A DNA stretch of 63,518 nt, counting the filler, from Bonamia ostreae (lineage: Eukaryota), in NCBI GenBank assembly GCA_040357525.1. It is 56 parts of 56 records of this genome, joined end to end, with 100 filler letters (N's around TTAATTAATTAA, not from the genome) between each part and the next. Parts side by side here need not be neighbours in the genome. Positions count along the whole stretch, not along the records: positions 26,213 to 27,249 come from JBDODL010002938.1; positions 27,350 to 28,386 come from JBDODL010002939.1; positions 28,487 to 29,523 come from JBDODL010002940.1; positions 29,624 to 30,660 come from JBDODL010002941.1; positions 30,761 to 31,797 come from JBDODL010002942.1; positions 31,898 to 32,933 come from JBDODL010002943.1; positions 33,034 to 34,069 come from JBDODL010002944.1; positions 34,170 to 35,205 come from JBDODL010002945.1; 48 more parts are not named here. One strand, written 5' to 3'. The notes below the pieces were generated by a model that worked only from the letters and a program-made list of their open reading frames with translations, searched no databases and was not told the DNA's origin. Of the stretch, positions 26,599-41,562 are shown piece after piece (position 1 is the first letter of the stretch; the number at the start of each line of letters is the position of its first letter). Made by a program: the position numbers and the translations under genes.

Positions 26599-27349
26599 CC
26601 GTATTGCTCTGCATAATTTGTAGTAATATCGGTCCTAACGTACCTCACCTCCTACAAATCTCCCACTGCATTGTTGTTACATAGAATATCACAGTTACAA
26701 GCAGGGGAACTTAAGTCAATTGAAAATAGCATTGACCTTGATCTTACGAGTATGTGAATGGACATTGCTTTCTCGAGTGGGGTGTACCAGTTGGAAATTT
26801 GGTTTGACGATTTATATAGCTACATGTTTCATTGCTAGAGTGATTTATTTATCTAATGGCAGTAGAAGATTTAGAAGATGGAGTACGTGGATTTGTGAAA
26901 AGGTGTAAGAGCTTAGATGGGGTACTTTAACCTCGTGTTGGCAACACATTTATTACATGGGGTTGAAACGTACCCAACCCTTTGTAAGTTTTCGGGATCC
27001 TTGTTTAGATATGTTTCAAGATACTGTTCATATTGATATCAAAACTACTTGTTTTTAATATGAAGATGTTCTGCACAATTGGTCAAGTAAATAAAAATAA
27101 TATACAGCAAACGTATACAGTTCTATTTTGAAAATTTCTTCTCAATTGAATGCCTTAACCTCCATTGTGCTAATAAATTGTTCTATAGTAAACCGAAATA
27201 CTCAACTTGTCCCTGTTTGTATACAAATAAACACTATATAATTATTTCANNNNNNNNNNNNNNNNNNNNNNNNNNNNNNNNNNNNNNNNNNNNTTAATTA
27301 ATTAANNNNNNNNNNNNNNNNNNNNNNNNNNNNNNNNNNNNNNNNNNNN

Positions 27350-28386
27350 CGACATCGACTTTGTTCGATTTGTACAAAATGCGGTCGCAATAAGACGGCA
27401 TTCGTAATTTCCCATTTTTCACTGTTTTGTAATTCGTTTCGTTGTCGATCTCAAATTTGTAAGTCGGTGGAAATTTGATGGTTGCTTCTTCAAAGCCAAT
27501 AAACGCTTTACGTTTCGACATTGATTTTTTGAGCTTTAATTTTTAGTTTTAGTTTACAATTAAAAGCAAAAATCTCGTTTTAGAAATGGCGAAAATGTGT
27601 CCAAATTTGATTTATATTTTATTTTAATGCTTTAATTTTTTTTTGCTTTTGCCAAAATTTACTTGATCGTGTTTCAGCAATTCTTGGTAATTTTTGTGTT
27701 CTATCAGAGACTTTGCCTCTTCCACTGAAATATCTTCAAGGCGATAATTGAAGTCGCCGAACCAGAAAACATGACTAAATGTTAAATTATTTAAACGAAT
27801 TTTCAAGATAACCAGAAAACGCCTTTGCGCACTTTACTTTTGTTGTTTTTATTTGTTTAAAAACGGTATTGGTTGTTGCGTTTTCCGGTGTGTTCACTTC
27901 CCGCGCTAAAGTGGGAAGTGATAAAAGTCAAATTTGTGCTATTTATCGACATTTTCACTGCGATTGCGCCTTTGTTGACCTTATTAAATTTTACATTTTA
28001 TTGTTGAAATTATCGAATATCGCAGATAAAAGCGACAAAAATTTTAGATCAAAGTTAAAACAGCCAAAATTTGCAAATACTCAAAAAAAAATAAAAAACA
28101 ATAATTTTTGCGTAGTTATCCAAAGCAACATTTTTTTTAGAATCAATCTCTGCATTCAAACTTTCGTGCGAGTAAATTAGCAAACATAGTCCCAAAAGAT
28201 TTTTACAACGAATTAATCTAAATTGCGTTCCAAGTTGTTTCTTGAAAAATTCCTTCCATTTATTAACCCTTTTATCTAAAGACAGCGTCTGAGGAGCCTT
28301 TTTCATATCCATTTCTATTACTTCCTGTAAACCGACCACACAAATAGTTGCCCTCTCATCGAATCGTATGGTCTTTTCTAGGTTTG
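27350..28386 (-). CDS. Inositol polyphosphate 5-phosphatase, internal exons
   Basis: VVGLQE, NKGAIAV..FITSHFSAG..RN, HVFWFGDFNYR, EEATIKFPPTYKF, PSYCDRILYK; micro-introns 27864-27837 (28 nt) and 27796-27775 (22 nt) plus longer introns. Confidence 0.93.
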
Positions 28387-31300
28387 NNNNNNNNNNNNNN
28401 NNNNNNNNNNNNNNNNNNNNNNNNNNNNNNTTAATTAATTAANNNNNNNNNNNNNNNNNNNNNNNNNNNNNNNNNNNNNNNNNNNNATGTATCCAAAATA
28501 CTTGTCAATAGTTCATCCTGCAAGTGGCAAATCCTTGTAATCACCGAGGTGTCTATGTCGTTGACTAATTTCATCTTTGTGGGAAGATGATTCCTTATTT
28601 TTGCAGCTTTTTAATGCGTCGTTACACCATCCACTTTTTGTAATAATTCTTACCAATCAAGTGGAGTCCATGACCGTCTTTCATTTTACACTTTAATCAA
28701 CACCTGTACATGTATTTATTCAAAAGAGTTTAATTTGATATTTTGCATTCAATCCAGATGTTTCTGCGATTATTTTAGATCACCGGAGTCACATAGGTAT
28801 CCTAGTATTGTAATCTCTTCCTACCCATTGTCATCCGATATCTCTCTTCTTCTCTCAAACTATTCAACAATATTGTACAATATCTTTGCAAAGGTGTAGA
28901 GTAACACAAAATTACAAAAATCATAGTCAAAGGGAAGTGGTCACATTAATCAAATGCATTTGAGAATGCAAATCACTACTCCGGGAACGGGGTAATATTG
29001 AATAATCAACATTAGTACAAGTCAAGTTCAATAAATGAAAACTTCTATATCGAAAGCGCTTATAGAGATAATTTATTCAATAGAATTGCAATTGTTTAAA
29101 AGAGAGAGGGGGATTCGTGACATGATTACAGTTTACAGCTGTTTATTCATTATTTTACTACAGGGTGTTTAGAGAACGGCGAAATCATGTTGTATGGACT
29201 TCACAGTGGAAGCAAGATATATCTGGACAATCCTCGTTCAGGGTGCACCAAGAATATTTCTAACGCAAACAACCAACCTGTTACAATTGCGAAGAATTGT
29301 TTGAACTTTACTATTAGTGCACCGAAGGTATGATATGATTGTACGTTGCACGTAATCTTTAAAGGACTGCAATTTCGATAGTAATAAATCTTAACGCCTA
29401 TTGTGAAAAGTCAAAATTATTTACATGCATAAAAATGTCAATCGATTTCAACTGTATTAAGAATATACATTTATATTATTGGGTGAAAACATAACTTTTG
29501 AGCCTGAATAAAGTCTGCTAATGNNNNNNNNNNNNNNNNNNNNNNNNNNNNNNNNNNNNNNNNNNNNTTAATTAATTAANNNNNNNNNNNNNNNNNNNNN
29601 NNNNNNNNNNNNNNNNNNNNNNNTTAAAACCTAATTCAGCTGCATTAAATTTATAAAATAGGTGACCATCGGACTATACCTCTTTGAAAATATATAGGTC
29701 TCAACATGTAGTTTCAGGCATATGCAATTGTATTTTGATCTTTGAAATATATTGATAAAGATTAATAATGGAAAATTACTTATATCTTAAAGACGTCCTG
29801 ATCTAAGGAAGTCGATGATTGATATTTATGTGTTGCATCATGACCTTACATCGCCTGCGTTAAAAAAATCGCACATGGGACATATAAATACAATCAGTGA
29901 CTAAAAGTATATTACAATCATGATATCATTGTTCAGTGATTATGCTTAATTCTTAGAAAAAAATATTCAAATAGTACTAAATTACTATAGGATCTATATA
30001 CATTTTTCTATGTATGCCTTATATGGACGCCATGAATTAAGGACCACAACGTGTTGAATATATTGTGAACAGAATACCCAATAAATTGTTTTTCCTTTTA
30101 CTGCGTAGTACAATTTAAAAAAGAAATTCATAATTTTATCCACTTTTCATTTATTGAACATTTTGTGATACTTATTTTTGCCCTACATATGATAAGATTC
30201 AGATCAAGTCCCCTGGATCAAATCAGGTAGCTTGTTATGTTACATCACGAACAAAACGATGGAACATGTGAACAATTAGTTATGGTCTTCAAAAGACTTC
30301 CATTTAATCAGATTTTCATGGAGTCTCCAACATGGCGGTTTGTAGAAAGTGTCATGAGGTTTTGCACATAACATCGTGTAACTCCCTGGGTGCAGCCATT
30401 TGTATTTGAACAATAAAGTGTAACTAAGAAACGAATTTCCATTAGTCTTCTAAAATGGACATTTGATTGAAGATAAAGTAAAAATAATTAATTTGTATAT
30501 ATGCATGCATTATTCATTAAAGTATGTTGCACTCGTGCATGTGAGCTTATCATATACACAAGTCTTTGTGTTCCATTTTATAAATGATTTATGCTCGGTA
30601 AAACTGGGGAATACGAACATAACTAAGCACATCCTGAAACATTCTACTACATCATACAAANNNNNNNNNNNNNNNNNNNNNNNNNNNNNNNNNNNNNNNN
30701 NNNNTTAATTAATTAANNNNNNNNNNNNNNNNNNNNNNNNNNNNNNNNNNNNNNNNNNNNGCCTGTACAAATTCCAACTCTCACCAAATAGCCAAATATG
30801 ATTTTTAAAAACTGAATTGTATGATGTAAAGAATACATAACCCATTCAGCCTGGAAATTCCAAAATGAAATGCTCAAGTACTTTCGATTTGTGTTTATCA
30901 CTTTGCGCATGTGTCAAGAACAAAGAAAATGCAATTGTCATATTACGAAATGTATTGACCTTGAACGTGTAGTGGTGTAGTTGTGGATGAAAGACAAAAT
31001 TTGTCGTAAGTTATTTGTTGAACTTGTAGTATCGATATCCTTATGTACCTGTGCTCGATCCTTACAGTTTAGAATGATTGTAAAATATATCGTTTGCCGT
31101 GTGAATGAGATTTGGTTTGTTTGACCTTTGCAAATTGGGCAAGCATTTACTGTGTCATTAGTTAGTCGAAATATTGTAATATCACTTACAGTTATACGTA
31201 TAATCTGTGTAAGGAGTCGTGGTCACAGTGCGGCCGTTAACTTTCAGCAAGACAATGATTCAATGAGCTTTGAAGACTGAATGAAAATATATTAAAAAGG

Positions 31301-32089
31301 AAGCCTTTCTCACGAATGAAACAAATCTTATATTAGAAAGGCACAGCTATTAATAGCTACTAAATACTATTCTGCACAGGGAATTGATTGTTGCAAATTA
31401 TAATATTAATTGTTCAATTATACTGTTCACATCAACAACAATGTTTGCAAACTGGTGTACGTCATTCTAAAACATTATTATGGAATATTGATTTCGGAAA
31501 GGTTACAAAATCATCCTAGACTTATTTGAAGTGAATATAAACGCATTCCTACAGGACATCACAGGAGTCTTTAAAAATGAAAAGCCCAATATATTTATTA
31601 TTGTTTTACATCCATTTGTGCGTTGGTGGTGACAATAGTGATTACAGATAAGGGTAGCTATGATGGCTATTGCAACCCTCCTTCGTCAATAAATGTTATA
31701 TGTCATATGGCATGTTAAAGGTTACATACGGTGTTTATTTGAAAAATTACAACTTTTCACGACTATAGGCTAATGAAGCAATAAAAGCAAGATTAGGNNN
31801 NNNNNNNNNNNNNNNNNNNNNNNNNNNNNNNNNNNNNNNNNTTAATTAATTAANNNNNNNNNNNNNNNNNNNNNNNNNNNNNNNNNNNNNNNNNNNNACG
31901 GGTAAATACTTAGTTGTAGCATCATATGTAGTTGTAAAAGTAAATGTAAATATGTAATGATAATATTGCTTAACGTTTTACTAAACGAACAGTGTCTTAT
32001 ATTTTTATAATGCTTATCTAGATCTGTCAAAATAACGATTATAGGATTAGAGATTATTTCCTTTACATTGTCCAGAGAGAGGAGTAACG

Positions 32090-32235
32090 ACGGACGTGAT
32101 CCGTCAACAGCTGATACTTGCTCCTCCCTAACACCTGGTCCTATCTTCGGTGGTTTCGGGGATACGTGTTTGTCCTCTTTTTAATTTTTCATTATTTGCA
32201 GTACCTATTGATCACTATTCACTGTTTTCAACTTT
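32090..32235 (+). repeat. Copy of a dispersed host repeat (probable retroelement tail); related copies in opposite orientation at ~34998-35090, 36600-36735, 39940-40040
   Basis: Shared degenerate core ..CTCCTCC.TA.CACCTG.TCC.A.CT...GGT....GGG....CGTGTTTG.CC in several independent host contigs. Confidence 0.6.
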
Positions 32236-32390
32236 TTTAAAGGTTTTGAATCAAGCCCTTATATATCTCTAGTTTCTAATATCCATGCGTTATCTTTGAA
32301 TATGGGTATGATCGAGGATGTTGATACACTACATATCCAAAGCTGTATTTTATATTAAGTATCATATATCATACACTCATATGATTTTAG

Positions 32391-32564
32391 GTACTATTCC
32401 AAAAACTACGGATACAATTGGTCACGAAGTCAATAGAAGAGCATGCGTTCCTGGTATTCACTCTGCTTGCGATACTGAATATCTGATAAAAGTGATCAAC
32501 TGTGGAACGTACAGAGTGTATAAATTGAAAAAACCAGATGGATGTCCAAAATCCTACTGTTTCG
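32391..32564 (+). CDS. UMOD/GP2/OIT3-like D8C domain exon, host
   Basis: VNRRAC...C..EYLIKVINCGTYRVYKLKKPDGCPKSYCFG between AG and GT sites. Confidence 0.7.
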
Positions 32565-35320
32565 GTTTGTTGATTACCTTTTTTAGTAACTGAACTATTA
32601 CAAAACTTATTAATTTCTATTTTACGAGGAGAATAACCAAACGGATGTATGTCACCCTATATGTTTAGTTTGTGATAGATAGTATACATTTCTTATACAG
32701 GTTATGGCGTGAAAGGTAAGCATTACACATTATAAATCTTTTCTTTTTTTTTTATCATAAACGGATTCTATTTTGTCTAGAAAAGCCATTTACCAATCGG
32801 TTAAACATTTTCATATTGTATAAGAGTCATCATTACAATATTATTTCAGAAGAACTTGACATTAATTCTGAATTTGAAAAGACAACTTATACTCAAAGTT
32901 CCCTTCCATACAACCAGAATAATCAACGTCAATNNNNNNNNNNNNNNNNNNNNNNNNNNNNNNNNNNNNNNNNNNNNTTAATTAATTAANNNNNNNNNNN
33001 NNNNNNNNNNNNNNNNNNNNNNNNNNNNNNNNNGACCATTTAACTCATATTATGGACCCTGTTCTTTGGGGTGATGCTTTGGTAATCTAGAATTCTCGTT
33101 ATGCAGGGAAATTTGCAAACAAATATGAACTTTCCTGCTGCAGTACGAGGGATTCTTAAGAAGTCCTTTAAATTTCACCTTAATTTCTCTATTGACAACT
33201 ACAATTTTCTCTCAGAGGTGTGGATGGTCCAACATTTGAAAAAAATAATCTCACATTCCTTATCAGCCCATTTGAGCTCTGATGAACATATAATTTATCA
33301 AGTAAGTAAGTTTCACCGAACATGTACATGAGAACGCCGAATATAAGGAATTGTAATCAATCTCATATATCCTATAACGACTACCAAGTTTATAACAGAG
33401 CAACAAATATTTCCGGAAAGAAATGGTACATGTAATGCAAGATAATTCTACGTTCTATACTTGTAGATGGTACTTCGTTCATTGGAACATGGAAGAATGT
33501 ATAAATACATAAAAATCATACTTTTAGAAGATAAGCATATCGCAGTTCACAAATAACATCTAACTATGCAATGCATAACACATACAGTTATTACACATGT
33601 AAATACGAACATTATTAACCTTGATATTCTGGACTAGTTTATTTATAGCTGTGGAAACATTTTATTGCAATGAAATCTTCGGGAATGAAATTCCAAATTC
33701 AGAAGTTCTTTGATTTAAAGTTACGAGGAGCTCATATTAGACCAAATTATATATTTTGAAACAAAAGGAAAATATAATGTGATTCTGGTTATTGGACGTC
33801 ATAGGCATATCATTAAAACCTGATGAGTTCATCTGTACAATTAGATTTTAAAGGTTACGTGTACATATCTAATGTTATAATGCGTATGAACCAGAATTGG
33901 GTGCCTTATTTCCTCCATGCTATTTGTCAGATTCTGGTTTACACAAATTATTTTATATATCTGATAATTTTGATAAAAGATATATAGGGGGAAAAAGAAA
34001 AACAAGTTCTGGAAGGTAGAGCTACACAATTTTGAAAATATATGTTTAAATCACTGCAATTCTGTTCCANNNNNNNNNNNNNNNNNNNNNNNNNNNNNNN
34101 NNNNNNNNNNNNNTTAATTAATTAANNNNNNNNNNNNNNNNNNNNNNNNNNNNNNNNNNNNNNNNNNNNATAAGTTTTACATCATATTGGCTGTCGTTTT
34201 GTATTTTTTTAAAGAAAACTTAATCCTCTGAACTATCTAATTTAGAGTTTTCAGATTTTGTATATGGCAAGACTTCTCACTTCATAACATGATATATGAC
34301 GTCGTGACCTTAGCCTTCTCCAGCGCAGCAAGGTCATGTTAATCATATTGGTGTATCTCTCAGCAAAAGAATAGGGACATGCCATTTGAAATACGCCCAC
34401 TCCGTTCCATAGTGATAGCAAGTTCAGGGTATCATAAAAATTTATTATCCCCTGTTACTTTTTGTCAGTTATGACTAATTCGCAGTGTTTTGAAAATCTG
34501 TTCTTGCTTTGATTTCATGCTACTGGAGACAAAAGTCAGTACATGTACTTTCAAATTTATAAAGTAAGGGAATACGGTGATAATTTAACGCGTCGTTGAT
34601 AGACCGAAAATATAGTTCCCTATAATTCACGTTCTCCTGATTCCGTGTTAGGGATAATGCTACACCTGTTAGTAGATATAGCAGTGAGGATACATGACCA
34701 CATGTGCTAATTGATGGCCATCAGCAAAGCTTTCTCTGTAAATAATAGTCAATGGCCGGTAAGTAGCACTTGTATACTGGCCGTTTTGGATACTATTAAT
34801 ATACATGTATTATATAATTATGTTTTCCGAATCAACATATAGCAACTTGAAAATATTTCTATAGCAATTAAAACAAAATTTGCAATAGATAAATCGACAA
34901 AAAATGATAGATTCACTGTAACTAAGGATCGTTCAACCGATAGACATAAAACTTCACAAGCATTCGTCATGGTGGCACCCTATAGATGAACGTATAAGTG
35001 AAGATAAAGAATTGTGATCAGTCTCATAATTTCGAAAAAAAAAATACAGATTCAAAAGACAGGTAAACACAGGACCCTTAGACACACCAAATGTCAATGC
35101 ATCACCATTTGTCATGGTTGACAGCTTAGAGGTCACCATGTTTTCAACAAATTATATGTATCAGCAGGGGGAAGCGTCCATATCCATTATTTAAGGAATT
35201 AGCTCNNNNNNNNNNNNNNNNNNNNNNNNNNNNNNNNNNNNNNNNNNNNTTAATTAATTAANNNNNNNNNNNNNNNNNNNNNNNNNNNNNNNNNNNNNNN
35301 NNNNNTTCATTAATTTTTAG

Positions 35321-35994
35321 GTATTCAAATTGGCTTGTCAAGACACTCAGCTTTGACGATGGACAGGGTGATAAAGGGTTTCGAACAATGCTACACACCA
35401 ACACCAATAGGTAATACTTATGACGTCATGGACTACAATATAGTATGGGTTATGAAAACTTAACACTTTCGTGTTTTTTTCTTCAGGAATTGCTACTGAC
35501 AACATCTATAACGTAGCTGAAAGTCTAAAGCTAGACAATATATCTGGCCATTCAAAACCACACGTCTTTCGAATTACAAGGGCGGAGAATAAGGCAGTCC
35601 TACAATGGAAGAAGTGGACCACGGACACGGTACAATTAAAAACCTGTGGACGAAATGAATTATTTCCAATAGAAAAAAACTTGGAATTAAATAAAACATG
35701 CTAGCTTGGTATTGAGAAGTGACTAGCTGCTAACTCTACCGTAATAATTATGTTGGACATTATTTACATATATTTTAATCATTGATTCATTTTTCTCCAT
35801 CCTCCTATTACAGGTGTGGCAAGAATGCGAGGGCCATCTTTTAAAAGATGGTGCTCTACAATTCCGTCCTATCAGACCGTCGGTGGATGATATTGATGTT
35901 GATCGGCTTGAGAGAGACGTACATGGAGCGTTTAAATATTTCAAAAGGGAAGAGGACAAGGAATGGTGGGCGAATTTTTTCCGTCATTTGCCAG
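35321..35994 (+). mobile_element. Spliced transposase-related host gene fragment, probably decayed
   Basis: SALTMDRVIKGFEQCYTPTP / NISGHSKPHVFRITR..LQWKKWT / W pattern resembles cryptic DNA-transposon proteins of invertebrates; apparent frameshift in the first exon. Confidence 0.35.
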
Positions 35995-38712
35995 GTACTG
36001 TTGTTTCATGAGTATAACACCATTAGAATTTTTATAATTTCTCTCAGTTACAAAATTAATATATTCTTTTTGAAAAGCAAATGACATGGGACAGGAGGAG
36101 GGGGTCAGTACATGTACGACGAGTTCATTACTTGCAATTCTATTACCTTTCGTCGCCATTATAACCTTTTTTTTTCTATCCTACCCAACATCAGAAACTC
36201 ACTTCAATCACGCATGTTGGTGGTACTAGTGCCTTCACTGACACCATTGGGCACATTCAATGTGATTTCTTTCGTTTGTGTAACGAATTAATCCTATCTC
36301 ACAGTCTCCTGGGTACTCATCATGAATGGCTTACTCCGGATNNNNNNNNNNNNNNNNNNNNNNNNNNNNNNNNNNNNNNNNNNNNTTAATTAATTAANNN
36401 NNNNNNNNNNNNNNNNNNNNNNNNNNNNNNNNNNNNNNNNNTTTTGATGTAATTATCTGTTCAACATTTTCAATAAATTATAAAGTTTCTTTCGTTTCGG
36501 AAAGCAAGAGTTGTGTGCTGAAATACGGCAACTGTTTGATTTGGTAGTTATTCTCAAACGAATTCAATATTATATTGATCATTAATGAAAGACTGAAAAT
36601 AACACAGAGTGATGAATATCATAACCTATAGAAGAAATATAAAATCGAAATTTGGGCAAACACGGATTCATGGGTTTCCAGAGGTGGGGTCAGGTGTCAA
36701 GGAGGAGTTCGCATTGTCTCTCGACCGATCACACTAAGTGAACCCTATACATTGATCTTAACATGAACATATATTTGAGAGGAGTTTAAAACATCTTGAA
36801 AATGTGTACAATTTAATTTAAATGTTGACTTTTAACATTGACTGATGGTTAACGTCCAGTCATTGCTACTTACGTGTAAATGCAAGTTAATGGAAAAAGT
36901 CAGTGTCATTTTGATTTAACTGGCATTTGTATAGCTAGAATCGGGGCTACAATATTGATGCTTCATATTTAGAGAAATCCATGCAAGGGGACAAAGATTC
37001 ATAACAAATAAACATGGCGTATTAACTCTATTAACTATATACCAACCCTTGCTATCATTTCGATCTATAGTATAGAAATATATGGGACTAAAGTGAAAGC
37101 TCAAAGTAAAATATTCAATGTTGTATATCACGATAACCATGGTGACGACTTAGCCAATTCTATGGGCATCCATTTATATAAGTTCCTGTGTCTGTCTTCT
37201 TTGAGAAAAATATTAATGTGATATATTTTATTTGAAATTAGAGCTAATGTGCAAGTGGTCCCATGTCTCTAAACATATTTGTGAAAACGATATGGGCTCA
37301 AACAAAGAACTACAAACATGTAAGGACAATTACCAGATTTAAAGGCCTTCAGTTCACTGATTTTGTTTCTCCATGTGAATTCATGATTAATGGTTGTGTG
37401 TCTCTGTTTCTTTAGTAACTACGAATAACACTGCACCTGTAACACGTTTTTAAATCAGGTCAAGTCAGTGTTTAGCNNNNNNNNNNNNNNNNNNNNNNNN
37501 NNNNNNNNNNNNNNNNNNNNTTAATTAATTAANNNNNNNNNNNNNNNNNNNNNNNNNNNNNNNNNNNNNNNNNNNNGATATGTCCGCAACATGTTTGTTT
37601 TTCTTTTTTCATTCCTTTTTCGTCAAAAAGGCTTTCAAATGTTCAGGAATTCTTGTCAGTGAGAATTCGCTGCGAATTGGAGGGTAAACACATTTTAACC
37701 GGAAGTGTAGGGATTTTAGTAAAATGTTGTAATTTTTCATTTTCTCGTTTGATGTTGACGGTGTTGGAATATACCAAATAATGTCAAGTATGATTTTGCA
37801 CATATTTGTACGCGGATACATATGTAGGAGGTGACGACTTTAACTTTTGCGATTTTTTCTCCAGGTTAATTCTCAGACACTGCTTGATATCGAATTATAA
37901 AACTCTTTAGGATGATATAGCACTATTTATAGAGCTCTGATATTCATCTGACATTTTTGTTCGTCAATTCCGGTCATCACAGGAAGTGATGAAAAATACT
38001 TCCTGTTCAGACAATCTCTCCGTTATCTACATTCACGTCCTGTCGAACTGGTCATCACCATCCCCTACTTTTCTTTTTCCAATCTTTCTTATCTAGAACT
38101 CTTTCGATAGAGAAATTAAATTTTAATCAAGAGGTGCTGTGATTTAGAAAGTAAACACATCTTCGAATTACTTTTATCGTCATAAGAAATGACGTAAAAT
38201 TGGTAAAATAAATTCACTTTAATTCTTGATATATCATGATTGTTTTGTGATAAGTTGGTAGACTATACATAATGAAGTTTAAAATTGTGTTTTACGATTG
38301 TACTCGCGCGAATGCAATATCTCCTTGATATTTCACAGAAGGGATTTGAATTTGGATTTCGAAATTCTATGGGTGGTAAACTATTTTAACACGAATACAG
38401 AGGATCAAATGTTTATTTCAGAGACTTTTTACACAAAGAAAAGTGCATGCTTTAAGAAAGTAATTTGTCATGCCATGCTACTAGTATTTGTACTTCGTTG
38501 CTTTTTCCTACCCATGTGACGTGTATCAAATCCCACTTCATGAAACAACCAAATGCAGTTAAATTGTACGTTCTGAAATCTACAAAATATGTCAAAATTC
38601 GGTGATACCCCNNNNNNNNNNNNNNNNNNNNNNNNNNNNNNNNNNNNNNNNNNNNTTAATTAATTAANNNNNNNNNNNNNNNNNNNNNNNNNNNNNNNNN
38701 NNNNNNNNNNNA

Positions 38713-38937
38713 CAAAAATATTTTTAACGGAAATGTAAATTTGCAATTTTTGTAACTTGAAAGCAATTACAAAAATATTTTTAACGGAAATGTAAATTTG
38801 CAATTTTTGTAACTTGAAAGCAATTACAAAAATATTTTTAACGGAAATGTAAATTTGCAATTTTTGTAACTTGAAAGCAATTACAAAAATATTTTTAACG
38901 GAAATGTAAATTTGCAATTTTTGTAACTTGAAAGCAA
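38713..38937. repeat. Perfect 57-nt tandem repeat, ~4 copies, in the PP1 intron
   Basis: ACAAAAATATTTTTAACGGAAATGTAAATTTGCAATTTTTGTAACTTGAAAGCAATT repeated to the contig end. Confidence 0.95.
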
Positions 38938-38948
38938 AAAATATAAAC

Positions 38949-39481
38949 GTGCAAAAAATTTTCCTTTCGATCAAAGCGCAAATCGGCAAACAATTGAAAC
39001 ACTCCACAAAAGTTCTCCAAACGCGAACGTCAAAGCGTTCACAACACTCTTTTTTGAAGCCATAATATCTGCTAATCGAACTGCTCTCATGATTGCCCCT
39101 TATCAGAAAAAAGTTGTTCGGATACCTTATCTTCAAAGCCAGAAGAATCGAAATGGTTTCGATGCTCTGAACTCCTCTGTCGACGTAGTCTCCCAGAAAA
39201 AGATAATTGTGTTCCGGCGGGAATCCTTGACTTTTGAACATTCGGAGCACGTCTTCGAACTGTCCATGGACATCTCCGACGATTTTGAGGGGAGAGGCAA
39301 GTTCTAGTAACGTCGGTTCAGCCATAAAAAGTTTTTCAGATTTTTCCGTCAGAAAGAAAAGGTCGTCTTCAGTCAAATTTTCTCGGAGGATGACGCGGCG
39401 GTTGTCTAAATCTAAATCTTTTGCGGATAAAAGTTTTTGAAGAATGGCCGAAGCGCGTTTTTCGTTGGGGTTGAGAGGCAT
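38949..39481 (-). CDS. Ser/Thr phosphatase, PP1-like catalytic subunit, first exon
   Basis: [44 protein letters not shown] donor at 38948 just before the expected HGG. Confidence 0.93.
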
Positions 39482-41562
39482 TTCGGTTTGTTATTATTAA
39501 AATTTTGATAAGTTTTTCCGGATTTCTGTTATATGTTATTTGCTAATTTTTTTACAATTAAAAGTGTTTTCGAAAAACAAATGGAATAACAATTAAATGG
39601 AAGATAATAATTAAATCTTTCTAAATTTTTTAAAATTAAATTTATAAAATTCTCCGTCTTGTCTACGATGATTCGAGAAGGCTTATTTATTAAATTTTTA
39701 TGTTTAATATTTCTTTTTGGTTAATTCAAACAAATCGGTTATTTTNNNNNNNNNNNNNNNNNNNNNNNNNNNNNNNNNNNNNNNNNNNNTTAATTAATTA
39801 ANNNNNNNNNNNNNNNNNNNNNNNNNNNNNNNNNNNNNNNNNNNNATTCGCCATCTGAAAGTATGTTAAAATGAACTTTGCTCTAATTGAAAAACCATTG
39901 GTAATCCTACCAAATTGATAACTCATAGTTCTTCTAAAGAATATACAATTAATAGAAGGGCAAACATGAACCCCTTAACACACCAAAGATGGGTCAAGGG
40001 CCTGGGAGGAGTACACATCTCCTATTAACTAATCATATCCTTTGCAAATCGTCCATCTTCATCAGGTCAACGAAGAAATTCATAGTCAAAATCAGTATGT
40101 AAAGAATGGTATAAAACACGTCAGACAGCCTTCGACCTTACGACAAATTTGCAAATAATATCACATCGTAATTTTAAAATTTACTGTATGGGTATAAATA
40201 CAAGAACTACAAGTTGTAATGTTGTAATTTTTAAATATTACAGTATGACAATAATCCCATTATAACAACTGCGGAATTTCCGAAATACTGACTTCATATA
40301 TAGTGCAATATTTAAACTATATCCTTCAACACCCCTCCATAAAAAACCCAACAACGAAGTTTGGGGTTATATTGTTTTCACTTCGTCCGTCTGCCTATAG
40401 AGATATTTTATCGAGATATTTTCTTGGAAGCTGTTGATTTACATTTCACCAAATCTTATGGAAATGTATACTACGTAAACCTGTGCATTTGTTATTTTAG
40501 ACTAATGTGTTCAATTTTAAGAAAGTTATGACCATTTGTTGTTATTTTCCATATTTCTGTGTATTCTGTCAGTACCCCCCCCCCTCCAACAACTTTTTGG
40601 GGTGTAATGATTTCATGAAGTCTCTTTATCTGTCTTATAGTTTTCATCCACCCATCTATTATTGGGGCAATTGATAGATTTCTGCTAGCCGTCCTTGTGT
40701 TTGTCTGTTTTTCGTTCATCCATACAATTTCTCGTTTCTCACAAATTCCTATATGAATAAACCACGCGGAGGTATTTGTCCCATTAAGCCATGCCTAATT
40801 TGTTTTATAAAGAAATGGGGAAATTATCACAGTTTTGTGAGGACTTTTTAGCAGAATAAGCTTTCTTTATGCCTACAGGNNNNNNNNNNNNNNNNNNNNN
40901 NNNNNNNNNNNNNNNNNNNNNNNTTAATTAATTAANNNNNNNNNNNNNNNNNNNNNNNNNNNNNNNNNNNNNNNNNNNNAAATAACTCAAAATTTTCTGT
41001 TTTTCCGGCCATTTTTTCTTTCTGGCGGAACCGATGTGTTTGCATTTTCAGACTGTTGATGCCTTGTGTGTCGATTTCCATTTGTTCTAATCGGATTTTC
41101 TGTTTGCAATATATTGGATTGTGATAAAGGTGAGCTTAAAGAATGATTTGATGTTTATTCATATTAATAATTTTTAATGATTTTGTTTATAATGGATATT
41201 TGATGTGCTTTTATTAAACAAAATTTGTAAAAATGGGCACTTTCAATTTTGATTTTTATTATATTTTTCATTTAGTTTTCCCAATTAACAATTTTTTTAA
41301 TTTCCGAGGAATTAAAATGTCGGAATATTTGAAAGTTTTAAATTCTGAAGATTTAAAAATAATATTTTTACTATCTCGAGCAACTTACTCATATCAAAAT
41401 CATCAATGACGCCAAGTCAATTGATAAAAATGTTTTTGGTTTCTGTTGGCGCCATTAGTAAAAATTTTTGATCGCTTTTAATTTTTTTGAAACTATTTTT
41501 TATTGTGCTTAATTTTAACGTGAATTTTATTGTTATAAATATAGACAACAGATGTCATTTAC

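Noticed and set aside
38660-38948. PP1 with a 19-aa repeat tail ([19 protein letters not shown])
   Set aside because: Readthrough into an intronic 57-nt minisatellite; similarity stops at a GT donor just before the conserved HGG
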